Of a stretch of 64,000 bases of DNA, positions 1 through 8,375 are shown piece by piece. Made by a program: the position numbers and the translations under genes. Position 1 is the first letter of the stretch, and each line of letters begins with the position of its first letter. Origin of the DNA: Candidatus Kerfeldbacteria bacterium (GTDB lineage Bacteria > Patescibacteriota > Patescibacteriia > UBA9570 > XYC2-FULL-38-9); assembly GCA_016182555.1 (NCBI GenBank), contig JACPGJ010000008.1, positions 455,411 through 519,410 of the forward strand, written 5' to 3'. The notes under the pieces were generated by a model. The model saw only the letters and a program-made list of their open reading frames with translations. It was not told the origin of the DNA and searched no databases.

Positions 1-75
1 TCCATAATGGCCATGCACGAGTTTGTTGTTCCGAGGTCGATTCCTAATATTTTTCCCATACGTATATAAATTAAT

Positions 76-639
76 TTATTTAGCTATTTTTACTTTGGCG
101 TGCTGAATAATTTTGCCGCCCAGCATGAACCCCGCTGCCATCTCTTCGACAATTTCTCCACTTGGTGTGCCTGGCACATCGACTTCTTCAACCGCTTCAT
201 GTAATTCGGCGTTGAACGGCTGCCCAACGGTGTTCATAATTTCTACTCCGTGTTCTTGTAGCACTTTCAGAAAATTGGTTTGAATGTGCTCGATCCCTTT
301 CAGCCAACTGGAGTTGCGTTCCGATTCCGGAATACCTTTGAATGCGTAACGGAAGTGGTCAACCATCGGCAACAATTCCATGAGCAAGCCTTCGGTGGCG
401 TACTTCATGTTCTGCGAAATGCGTGCCGCGGTTTCTTTTTGCAAATTCTGGTAGTCTGCTCGGGCGCGTTTCCAGCCTTCCAAATATTCTCCGGCTTGTT
501 GTTTCAATTCAGCCAGTTCGTCTTGCGGTTCTTCTGCTGTCGCTTCTGGCGCTGCCGCAGGAGAACTTCCTTCTTCGGTCAAACGCGGTTCTTCATCCGG
601 CGCGTCTTCCGGTTTCGGTTTATGTGATGTGTTCTTCAT
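76..639 (-). CDS. grpE: nucleotide exchange factor GrpE
   Basis: 187-aa ORF; acidic N-terminus then GrpE-like helical region (ELKQQAGEYLEGWKRARADYQN); directly downstream of hrcA as in hrcA-grpE heat-shock operons. Confidence 0.85.
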   Translation of the reverse strand: MKNTSHKPKPEDAPDEEPRLTEEGSSPAAAPEATAEEPQDELAELKQQAGEYLEGWKRARADYQNLQKETAARISQNMKYATEGLLMELLPMVDHFRYAFKGIPESERNSSWLKGIEHIQTNFLKVLQEHGVEIMNTVGQPFNAELHEAVEEVDVPGTPSGEIVEEMAAGFMLGGKIIQHAKVKIAK

Positions 640-1348
640 TCTGTTGATCGATTAATGATTCCATATATTCCAAAATGGCAATATTGGTGGCGTAATCCAT
701 GCGCATTGGGCCCAAAATGCCCATCACTCCTTGCGTTTCGGTTTCCGGTAAAACATATTCCCCTACAACTATAGCAAATGTATTAGAGAATGGATTTTCG
801 GCGCCGAGTAACACGTCAATCTCTTGCCGCATCATCTGCTGCATATCGCTCATCACTTCATCCAAACGGTCGAACGCATCACCGAGCGATGTCATTACGT
901 TCGCTTCCGCAAATTCCGGTTTACGAACAATATGCGACATGCCTGTGTAGAGCACATCACCATTTCCGTCGGAAACAATTACGAGTTCTCCAGTGAGTTC
1001 CGAAACCGCGCGTGCAATACGTTTCAACCGTTCGCGTTCAGTATCAGCTTCTGCCGTGACCGCTTTGTCTAGCGTTGTTTGCTGCGCCTTTGGTAATGGA
1101 TCGTGTTGGAGAAAATGACGAATGTAATAATGATACCCCTTTTCGGTTGGCACACGGCCAGCAGAAGTATGGGGTTGGATAATTAAACCAGCATCTTCCA
1201 AAGCAGCCATGTCGTTGCGGACTGTGGCAGGAGAATAATCAAACCCATACTCTTCCACTAATACCTGCGAACTCACGGGATGAGCCGTTTTGATGTATTC
1301 CTGAATAATGGCTTGGAGAAGCAGCTTTCGCCGTTGAATTTTATCCAT
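620..1348 (-). CDS. hrcA: heat-inducible transcription repressor HrcA
   Basis: 242-aa ORF with N-terminal winged-helix region (YIKTAHPVSSQVLVEEY...TVRNDMAALE); perfect CIRCE element 9 nt upstream of start. Confidence 0.85.
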   Translation of the reverse strand: MDKIQRRKLLLQAIIQEYIKTAHPVSSQVLVEEYGFDYSPATVRNDMAALEDAGLIIQPHTSAGRVPTEKGYHYYIRHFLQHDPLPKAQQTTLDKAVTAEADTERERLKRIARAVSELTGELVIVSDGNGDVLYTGMSHIVRKPEFAEANVMTSLGDAFDRLDEVMSDMQQMMRQEIDVLLGAENPFSNTFAIVVGEYVLPETETQGVMGILGPMRMDYATNIAILEYMESLIDQQNEEHIT

Positions 1349-1357
1349 AATGAGATT

Positions 1358-1384
1358 TTAGCACTCGCAATGATAGAGTGCTAA
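1358..1384 (-). promoter_or_regulatory. CIRCE operator (TTAGCACTC-N9-GAGTGCTAA), HrcA binding site
   Basis: Sequence ttagcactc-gcaatgata-gagtgctaa matches the canonical CIRCE inverted repeat exactly; it sits between a consensus promoter and the hrcA start. Confidence 0.85.
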
Positions 1385-1387
1385 TTT

Positions 1388-1418
1388 ATTATAGCCACTC
1401 CCTGTTTCTTCTGTCAAG
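1388..1418 (-). promoter_or_regulatory. sigma-70-type promoter (TTGACA-N17-TATAAT) for hrcA-grpE
   Basis: Minus strand reads TTGACAgaagaaacagggagtggcTATAAT; CIRCE begins immediately downstream of the -10. Confidence 0.6.
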
Positions 1419-1467
1419 ATATAAAAAATACGCTATTTTTAGCGCATTTTTTATTCTTTTTTTACTG

Positions 1468-1608
1468 TTATTCGACGACCTCGAATGGTTGATGCTGTAT
1501 AGTCGCCGCAGGCACTTCCTCTAATTTCTCTAATTGCTGGGAAATTCGCGATTCGTGCTCTTGTAAAAAGAGATCAAACTTGTTCATAGATTCAAGAAAG
1601 TAATTCAT
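1468..1608 (-). CDS. small hypothetical protein (46 aa), not in ORF track
   Basis: ATG preceded by AAGGAGG at 4-5 nt; translation MNYFLESMNKFDLFLQEHESRISQQLEKLEEVPAATIQHQPFEVVE; followed by hairpin plus T-run. Confidence 0.3.
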   Translation of the reverse strand: MNYFLESMNKFDLFLQEHESRISQQLEKLEEVPAATIQHQPFEVVE

Positions 1609-1925
1609 ATATCCTCCTTATATAAATTAAAATTTGCTACTCTCTACCTACGCTTGCGGCCTTATTTCATGACCATTGGCATAATCAGCGCCATGAATAA
1701 TAGCGCAGAAACACCAATAAAAAGCATAGAAACAGAGAGCATTAACCGCTCGATTTTGTGGTCGTTCATAGGTTGTTAATTTTCTTTTTGTTTGTTTGAA
1801 GCACTTTTATACATACAGTATATCAAAAAAAAAGAGGTTCGTCAAACTACTACTCGAAAACTGCTACTCGAAAACACCGCTCCGATGAAGCAGCGGTGTT
1901 TATTCAATACGATGAATCTGCTCAA

Positions 1926-2663
1926 TTATTCTGTCATTTGGCTGTAGAGACTGTCTGCCTCTTCTAGTAATTTTGCGGCGTCAAGACTAGCTTGTACTGT
2001 CGAGCGCGTGCTTGTATCTAAGGTTTCTTGGCTGGGGTTATTGTGTGCAGCATCCCAATCATCTTGTGCCGTTTGGAGCGAATCCTGTGCAGTGGCTAAC
2101 AAACTGGCATAGGTCGTCGTATCTAGGGCATCATCTGCTTGAAAAAATGGCAATAGAGCATCAGCAGCATCAACCACTTCTTTATCCGCACCAATCGCTG
2201 CATTCAAACTATCCAAATAAATATCCAGCACCAAGTCTTTTGCTAAATCTTTATTCGCTTTCAACCATGCGATCGTATCAGCACGTGCAGCATCCAGTTC
2301 TGCGCTGGTGGTGGCACTGGAAACCGCTGCCTGCAAACTATTCACCTGTGATTGCGCATCATCAATCGCTGCTTGTCCATCTGATTTTGTTTCGTCTGAT
2401 GCATAATCAGATTGTTGTAATTGTGTTTCCACATCAGCCAGAATCGTTTCTGATTTGTCGAGCACCGTTATTAACGCTTCTTTACGTGCATCGAATGTTG
2501 CATCTTTTGCTTCGTTTACTGCTTCATTCACTGCAGCTTGCGTATCTTCATTTACACTGTTTTTGAGTGTGTCACCAATGGTGGCGACTTTCATCGCCTG
2601 AACAGACGGTGTGAAGAGTGTGAATATCACTAAGAGAGAGAAAATTGATGAAGTTTTTTTCAT
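1926..2663 (-). CDS. secreted hypothetical protein, Ala/Asp/Gln-rich helical
   Basis: 245-aa ORF with N-terminal signal peptide (MKKTSSIFSLLVIFTLFTPSVQA); remainder low-complexity. Confidence 0.6.
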   Translation of the reverse strand: MKKTSSIFSLLVIFTLFTPSVQAMKVATIGDTLKNSVNEDTQAAVNEAVNEAKDATFDARKEALITVLDKSETILADVETQLQQSDYASDETKSDGQAAIDDAQSQVNSLQAAVSSATTSAELDAARADTIAWLKANKDLAKDLVLDIYLDSLNAAIGADKEVVDAADALLPFFQADDALDTTTYASLLATAQDSLQTAQDDWDAAHNNPSQETLDTSTRSTVQASLDAAKLLEEADSLYSQMTE

Positions 2664-2680
2664 AAATATATCATTAGAGA

Positions 2681-3007
2681 TTATTCAACATCCTGTGGTA
2701 ATGCGTAGCTATCTGCATCATCACCACTCTCAACAGCATTCGTTGCCTCAGTGGCATAATCAGATGCATCTTGCATTTCATTCAACGTTTCTTCGATAGT
2801 CGCTTCATCTGTGGCATCATTACCAGTTGGTGTGCCTGGGTCTTGCACCGTTACTTCTTCTGTTGCACTAGAGTTGCTCACCGTATTAGTATTGCTCGAA
2901 CGATTGGTATTTGTGCTTTGTTTTCCGCACCCGGCACCCATGAGCACCATTCCGGCAACAAACAGTGTCACCGTGATACTTGCAAAAGATTTTTTTCGCA
3001 TAGTCAT
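2681..3007 (-). CDS. small putative lipoprotein
   Basis: 108-aa ORF; signal peptide ending in lipobox-like MGAGC; Ser/Thr/Asn/Asp-rich mature part. Confidence 0.5.
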   Translation of the reverse strand: MTMRKKSFASITVTLFVAGMVLMGAGCGKQSTNTNRSSNTNTVSNSSATEEVTVQDPGTPTGNDATDEATIEETLNEMQDASDYATEATNAVESGDDADSYALPQDVE

Positions 3008-3042
3008 TATGTATAAATAATTATTGCTATTTAATTTTTTCG

Positions 3043-4185
3043 TTATTTTTGCACTATCTTCGCTAAGGCGCGCACCACATAATCAACATCTTCTATCGTC
3101 GTACTCCGACCGAGCGTGAGACGAAGACTGCGACGTGCGTCTTGGCGTGCATACCCGAGAGCAAGTAACACGTGTGATGGTTCCAGTGAACCGGCGGTAC
3201 ACGCAGAACCAAGTGAAGCAGCAATCCCCTCTTGGTCAAGATGCAATAATAATGCTTCGCCATCAACCTCAGGGATAAATACGTTGAGATTATTTGGCAC
3301 ACGGCGTGTGCGGTCACCATTGAGGCGGCTGTGCGGAATGGCGCTAAGAATAGCGTCCATCAGGCGGTCGCGTAATTGCGTGAGGCGCATATTTTCCTGC
3401 TGTTGCTCGGCATGGACTAATTGCAGGGCAGCCGCGAAACCAACAATCCCCGCAACATTTTCTGTGCCGGGGCGCAGGCCGTGCTCTTGGTGCCCACCAT
3501 AGAGGAGTGGCCGCAAGGTTACGCCGCGTTTCACATATAAAGCTCCCACACCTTTAGGGCCATACACTTTACTGGCATTGATGCTGAGAAGATCCACACC
3601 GAGTTTGCCCATGTCGAGTGGTTGGCTTTCAGTCGCTTGGCAGGCATCGGTATGAAAGAGTATTTTTGAGTTAACGGCTTTCACTAGCTGAACGGTTTCT
3701 GTGACTGGTTGAATAGTGCCAATTTCGTTATTCACCATCATCATGCTCACGAGAATCGTTGTTTCTTTTACTGCAGCAACGAATTGTTGTGGATTCACAA
3801 TGCCGTTGGGTGCAACCGGCACGATTGTGAGTTCAAACCCCTCGCGTTCTAATGCCCGACACGTGTCAAGAACAGCAGGATGTTCAATAGCGGTGGTCAC
3901 AATGTGCCCACGGCCAAGATGACGTGCCGCTCCAAGTAACGCCATATTGATACTCTCGGTTCCGCCGGCAGTAAACACTAATTCCTGCGGCGAACAATGC
4001 AAAAAACGGGCAATCGTTGTGCGTGCGTCATCAATAGCGCGGCGAGCACGGTAACCAGGTGTGTGTGCTGAAGATGGATTCGCATACTCTTCACGCAACC
4101 ACGGTTCCATAGCCGAAAACACCTCGGGTGCAAGTGGAGTGGTGGCGGCATGGTCAAGGTAAATGCGGCGCTGTTGTTCAGACAT
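3043..4185 (-). CDS. cysteine desulfurase (class V aminotransferase, IscS/NifS family)
   Basis: 380-aa ORF; PLP-lysine region SINASKVYGPKGVGALYV and C-terminal active-site Cys loop (SLGSACTAGS); no iscU neighbour. Confidence 0.85.
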   Translation of the reverse strand: MSEQQRRIYLDHAATTPLAPEVFSAMEPWLREEYANPSSAHTPGYRARRAIDDARTTIARFLHCSPQELVFTAGGTESINMALLGAARHLGRGHIVTTAIEHPAVLDTCRALEREGFELTIVPVAPNGIVNPQQFVAAVKETTILVSMMMVNNEIGTIQPVTETVQLVKAVNSKILFHTDACQATESQPLDMGKLGVDLLSINASKVYGPKGVGALYVKRGVTLRPLLYGGHQEHGLRPGTENVAGIVGFAAALQLVHAEQQQENMRLTQLRDRLMDAILSAIPHSRLNGDRTRRVPNNLNVFIPEVDGEALLLHLDQEGIAASLGSACTAGSLEPSHVLLALGYARQDARRSLRLTLGRSTTIEDVDYVVRALAKIVQK

Positions 4186-4402
4186 ATATGACTAGCATAC
4201 AACCGATGCCAACGAAGTCAAGAACCGTAGAATATATACATTCGCGTTTGAATGTAAAGCATCCTCGAACCCATCACTTTCTAAAGGTGTGCATTTAGCA
4301 TATATACTTTTTATTAAAAAGAGGATATACTTTAAAGAACAAATATGTAAATGTACTGAAAAAACTTCACGTATTTGTCATTAATGATTTCATCTTACTA
4401 TT

Positions 4403-4897
4403 ATGGAGGCATTATTAGGTGAGAGCGCGGCATCGCCAAAAAAAAATAGACCAGAACTATCAAAAAAATTACCTACTGATAATGTTGAAAATGCTGAGAT
4501 ACATGCAACTGAACCTCATAATGCTATTGACTATACCAGCCCATCTGAAAGCAACGAAACTTGGCAACAGATACTCGATGCCCTAAGGGAAGCAAATGCT
4601 GGAGTTGATCATTCTGTGGCTACTCCAAGCAACGATCTTGAAACACTGGGACGAAGTATGAGAGAGCAGCTTACAAAAGAGCAGGCTAACGGTGGCTCAA
4701 AAACCAAAAGCATGCTATCGCCAGATGAAGTGAACGCAATTGCCGCGGCATTAGAAGAACCAACAGGACTCCTTGATGGTACATTTGAACCACAAGATTT
4801 GCTAGACATGACAAAGGAAAAATATGACGCATGGGAAAAAAAGCAAGCACTGGAAGAAGATCCTGAAGATCCCACTTTTTCTGAAGGAGAGCGGTAA
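4403..4897 (+). CDS. hypothetical acidic protein
   Basis: 164-aa ORF, Glu/Asp-rich, no recognisable motif; first gene of the low-GC stretch. Confidence 0.4.
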   Translation: MEALLGESAASPKKNRPELSKKLPTDNVENAEIHATEPHNAIDYTSPSESNETWQQILDALREANAGVDHSVATPSNDLETLGRSMREQLTKEQANGGSKTKSMLSPDEVNAIAAALEEPTGLLDGTFEPQDLLDMTKEKYDAWEKKQALEEDPEDPTFSEGER

Positions 4898-4948
4898 ACA
4901 AATAACTTTTTTTGTGCTACCCTACGTAAAACAGAACTTATCTAAAGT

Positions 4949-5010
4949 GTACCCCATTGTATTGAGAATTGGAACACCTTGATTCAAGATTTGAGGCATT
5001 GGTTTACTGT
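4949..5010. repeat. ~60-bp intergenic repeat, copy 1 of 3
   Basis: gtaccccattgtattgagaattggaacaccttgattcaagatttgaggcattggtttactgt; first 40 nt nearly identical to the copies at 6263 and 7344. Confidence 0.65.
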
Positions 5011-5038
5011 ATTGCAGCAAATGAATAAATAAACATAT

Positions 5039-6202
5039 TTATTGCGCAATTTGTTTCATATTTTTCCAACTTAACACGTGCCCTTGGCTACGTTGTTGAT
5101 TTTGCATACCGCCATAAATAACATATCCATGCTCTGCTGACATTCCAGCTAAATTCGTCCAGTACTGAATACCTTTAAAATAATCTGAAACAATTGTTTT
5201 ACCAGATTTAATTTCAATAGGAATTAATTGGTCACCTTGTTCAATAATACAATCAATTTCATGCCCTAAACGATCTCGCCAAAAATAACAATTGGGTTGT
5301 GCACCTTGATTAAAACGAAACTTCATCAATTCAGCAATAATAAAAGATTCAAATAAACCCCCATATAAATAATGCGTTTTTAATTGCGCAACATTCGTAA
5401 TATGCAATAAAGCACATGCTAAACCCGTATCATAAAAATAGAGTTTTGGCATTTTTATCAACCGTTTACTAAAATTTTTATGATGAGGCTGTAATAAAAA
5501 TACGATATAGCTAGACTCTAAAATACTCATCCACGCTTTTGCCGTATTATGCGTAATTCCACAATCATTGGCTAAAGAAGATAAATTCAGAATTTGTCCA
5601 ATTCTCCCAGCACATAATTTAATAAATTTTTGAAAGGCCTGTAGGTCAGAAATATTTTTAATCAAACGAACATCGCGCTCAACATACGTTTGAATATAAC
5701 TAGAATACCATTCAGAAGGATTCAGGTGTTGATCATAAATGCGTGGATAACATCCTGTAAACAAATAGCTCTCTATTGATTTTGTTTTGCTACTCGCTTG
5801 CTCTAATTCTTCTAAACTTAATGGTAATAACGTGAGCATTGCCACACGTCCGGCCAGAGTTTGCGAAACATGCTGTTGCAATAAATAGTTATGCGACCCT
5901 GTTAAGATAAATCGACCATTGACTGGCTGATTATCAATCATCGTTTGTAAATAGGATAGTAAATCTGGTACCCGTTGAATTTCATCAAAAATAGCCCCTT
6001 CTTGATATTGATCTAAAAATCTACGGGGGTCTGTTTGGGCAAATTCACGGGTATCTAAATCTTCGAGTGATACATACGGTTTATCACGAAACACCTTACG
6101 TACCAGAGTCGTTTTACCTGCTTGGCGTGGGCCAATGACTGCAATGGCTGGCATTTGTTGAGCCAATTGTTTTAACTTAACTTCTACATTACGCTTAATC
6201 AT
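5039..6202 (-). CDS. AAA+ ATPase of the DUF4143/COG1373 family
   Basis: 387-aa ORF; Walker A GPRQAGKTTL, Walker B-like IFDEIQRV, then TGSHNYLL; C-terminal region typical of DUF4143. Confidence 0.8.
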   Translation of the reverse strand: MIKRNVEVKLKQLAQQMPAIAVIGPRQAGKTTLVRKVFRDKPYVSLEDLDTREFAQTDPRRFLDQYQEGAIFDEIQRVPDLLSYLQTMIDNQPVNGRFILTGSHNYLLQQHVSQTLAGRVAMLTLLPLSLEELEQASSKTKSIESYLFTGCYPRIYDQHLNPSEWYSSYIQTYVERDVRLIKNISDLQAFQKFIKLCAGRIGQILNLSSLANDCGITHNTAKAWMSILESSYIVFLLQPHHKNFSKRLIKMPKLYFYDTGLACALLHITNVAQLKTHYLYGGLFESFIIAELMKFRFNQGAQPNCYFWRDRLGHEIDCIIEQGDQLIPIEIKSGKTIVSDYFKGIQYWTNLAGMSAEHGYVIYGGMQNQQRSQGHVLSWKNMKQIAQ

Positions 6203-6262
6203 AAAGCTATATTAGCATAGGTGTGACAAATTGTCAATTGAATTTACAATCTGTCCTATTTG

Positions 6263-6324
6263 GTACCCCATTGTATTGAGAATTGGAACACCTTGATTCA
6301 GGATTTGAAGCTGTGATTTACTGT
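6263..6324. repeat. ~60-bp intergenic repeat, copy 2 of 3
   Basis: gtaccccattgtattgagaattggaacaccttgattcaggatttgaagctgtgatttactgt between the ATPase and Fic genes. Confidence 0.65.
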
Positions 6325-6342
6325 CTTGCCTCAAATTGTAAA

Positions 6343-7311
6343 TTAACCATTTTGTAACAGTGCGTAAGACTCAAGCAATGCATCATAGATAAATGATTCC
6401 AAAAAAATGTATTTCTCTTCCAGTTGCGCTCGCTGTAAATAAGTATAATACGCTTGTTTCTTCTCTTGCTTAATTAACACTGGAGGTAATCCATATTGCA
6501 GAGCTTGTGCATGCATGAGTAATCTTCCAACACGTCCATTGCCATCAGAAAACGGATGAATTTGTTCAAACTGGGCATGAGTTTTTGCCATGTGCATGAC
6601 AATATCTTCTTCAGATGAGTGCTGGAGATCCTGGCCAAACGTATACATTCGATCATCAATCTTCAAATAATTCGTCGTAGGAACATGCGAACCAACGATG
6701 CGTACCCCATGACGGCGGTACATACCTGCGTCAGATCGAATACCATTCATCAAAATGGAATGAATTTTCTTTATCCAATCTTCTGTTATTTGTTTTGGCT
6801 TTTTATGTTGTGTTAACCACTGCATCAAATTTCCCAGTGCAGCTTGATGATTTTTTGCTTCTTGATGCTCAACGACTGTTTTATCAGGAATGGTCACATT
6901 ATCAAAAATAACCGCTCGCACTTCCGGTTCAGTGAATGTACTCCCTTCAATACTATTCGTATGATATGTCAGTTCAAGGACAAATGTTTCATACAGATCT
7001 TGCCGTTGTACTATATACTGTAACGGATGAGGAAATTGTTTTTTCAGTTCCGCCACCCGTTGCTTTTTTACCAAAAGCTCAGAGTCCGTCACTTCCTTAA
7101 CACCCGTATATTCTTGATACAATAGATCAATCTTCGCTTGTGCAATTTTACGTGGTAAACTCTTCCCATTCACCCAACTATTGAGTGTGACAAAACTGAC
7201 CTGCAGCATTTGAGCAAGCTCTGTTTGCGTTTTACCGCTTACTTTCAAAATTCGTTGAATTTTTTGCTGTACTGTCATAAGTACAGTATAACAAACTTTA
7301 TAAAGAATCAC
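6343..7311 (-). CDS. Fic-family AMPylator fused to an N-terminal XRE-type HTH
   Basis: 322-aa ORF; Fic motif HPFSDGNGRVGRLL; inhibitory-helix-like TNSIEG upstream of it; N-terminal HTH (KTQTELAQMLQVSFVTLNSWVNGKSLP). Confidence 0.8.
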   Translation of the reverse strand: MILYKVCYTVLMTVQQKIQRILKVSGKTQTELAQMLQVSFVTLNSWVNGKSLPRKIAQAKIDLLYQEYTGVKEVTDSELLVKKQRVAELKKQFPHPLQYIVQRQDLYETFVLELTYHTNSIEGSTFTEPEVRAVIFDNVTIPDKTVVEHQEAKNHQAALGNLMQWLTQHKKPKQITEDWIKKIHSILMNGIRSDAGMYRRHGVRIVGSHVPTTNYLKIDDRMYTFGQDLQHSSEEDIVMHMAKTHAQFEQIHPFSDGNGRVGRLLMHAQALQYGLPPVLIKQEKKQAYYTYLQRAQLEEKYIFLESFIYDALLESYALLQNG

Positions 7312-7343
7312 AAGTTTTATAAAGTTTCAATACTCAATGGTAT

Positions 7344-7403
7344 GTACTGCATTGTATTGAAAATTGGAACACCATAATTCAAAATTTACGCCATTGGTTT
7401 AAG
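7344..7403. repeat. ~60-bp intergenic repeat, copy 3 of 3
   Basis: gtactgcattgtattgaaaattggaacaccataattcaaaatttacgccattggtttaagga upstream of the Fic gene. Confidence 0.6.
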
Positions 7404-7419
7404 GAATTGAATGAAATTT

Positions 7420-7448
7420 TTGACACCTGTTTAAATGCTAATTAGAAT
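7420..7448 (+). promoter_or_regulatory. sigma-70-type promoter TTGACA-N17-TAGAAT
   Basis: TTGACAcctgtttaaatgctaatTAGAAT about 45 nt upstream of the 7491 ORF. Confidence 0.45.
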
Positions 7449-7490
7449 ATATATATAATTTAATAGTGTATTAAACAAAAAACTAGCTAT

Positions 7491-8129
7491 ATGGAAAGAT
7501 ATAATCCTGACACAAGACAAATGCATGGCCCATTTGAAAAATTTCAATTACGAGATATCCATTGGAAAGATACATTACCTTATACATTGCAAAAAAAAGC
7601 AGAAAGGCTAGACCCCTATTTTGATGAGCAAACTAATGATTATTCAAATCAATACTTCCATCAAAATTTTATAATCAACAATGATCAATTGGATTTTTTT
7701 GGATTAAGAAAAGTTTTTAAAAAAAAGGATCTTCAAATATTACTTAGAATCTGTAACAATGATTCGTTTATTCATCTTAAAATAGAACTTAATAAATATA
7801 CTGACAATTATTGTGTAATCACTGCTATAAAAAAAGAACGTGGATCAGCTACTTTACCTTCTAAATTGGGTATACAATTATATGAAAAATTGTTTGATTT
7901 CTTACAAGATTTAGCTGATACAACAGGTAAGCCGGTTACGCATATTGTAAGACGTGCTCCTGAAGAAATGAGCGATACACCTCTTACAATAGAACGTTGG
8001 AATCAAATATTTTTTCCTATTCTAAATAAAAATGGGAGAGTATACACCCTCGATCCAGAAACTGAACATACTTTTGAACATACTTTTCTACCTGAATCAA
8101 AAAAACCAAATACTCTGCAAGCTGCCTGA
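7491..8129 (+). CDS. hypothetical protein (AT-rich, probably foreign)
   Basis: 212-aa ORF, markedly lower GC than neighbours, no recognisable motif; abuts the tRNA-Glu 3' side. Confidence 0.5.
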   Translation: MERYNPDTRQMHGPFEKFQLRDIHWKDTLPYTLQKKAERLDPYFDEQTNDYSNQYFHQNFIINNDQLDFFGLRKVFKKKDLQILLRICNNDSFIHLKIELNKYTDNYCVITAIKKERGSATLPSKLGIQLYEKLFDFLQDLADTTGKPVTHIVRRAPEEMSDTPLTIERWNQIFFPILNKNGRVYTLDPETEHTFEHTFLPESKKPNTLQAA

Positions 8130-8214
8130 AAAAAACTGTTATCTTCTATACACGCAAGTGCGATAGATAAAAAATGTCTAAAACGCATCAAAAAATGGAA
8201 TTTTTTGTTGTCTG

Positions 8215-8286
8215 TACCCGCACGGGGAATCGAACCCCGATTATCGCGTTGAGAACGCGGCGTCCTAACCGTTAGACGATGCGGGC
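8215..8286 (-). tRNA. tRNA-Glu (anticodon CTC)
   Basis: Minus-strand sequence gcccgcatcgtctaacggttaggacgccgcgttCTCaacgcgataatcggggttcgattccccgtgcgggta folds as a cloverleaf: 7-bp acceptor, TTCGATT T-loop, anticodon loop ttCTCaa. Confidence 0.8.
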
Positions 8287-8375
8287 AAGGGGTTTTGTGC
8301 CGCCATGCAACACAAAAAACGCAGATGGATTCTACGTTTTTTTGATTGCTCAGTCAAGACGGACGGACAAAATTA

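Noticed and set aside
4949-7403. Interpretation of the three ~60-bp repeats as integron attC sites
   Set aside because: No imperfect-palindrome R''-L''/L'-R' architecture could be found within the units. No intI-like integrase or attI site is present in the window. The repeats are kept as a generic repeat family only.
4200-8290. Classical tRNA-integrated genomic island with integrase
   Set aside because: No integrase or recombinase ORF is present, and no direct repeat of the tRNA-Glu 3' end was seen at the far boundary. Only compositional and gene-content evidence remains.
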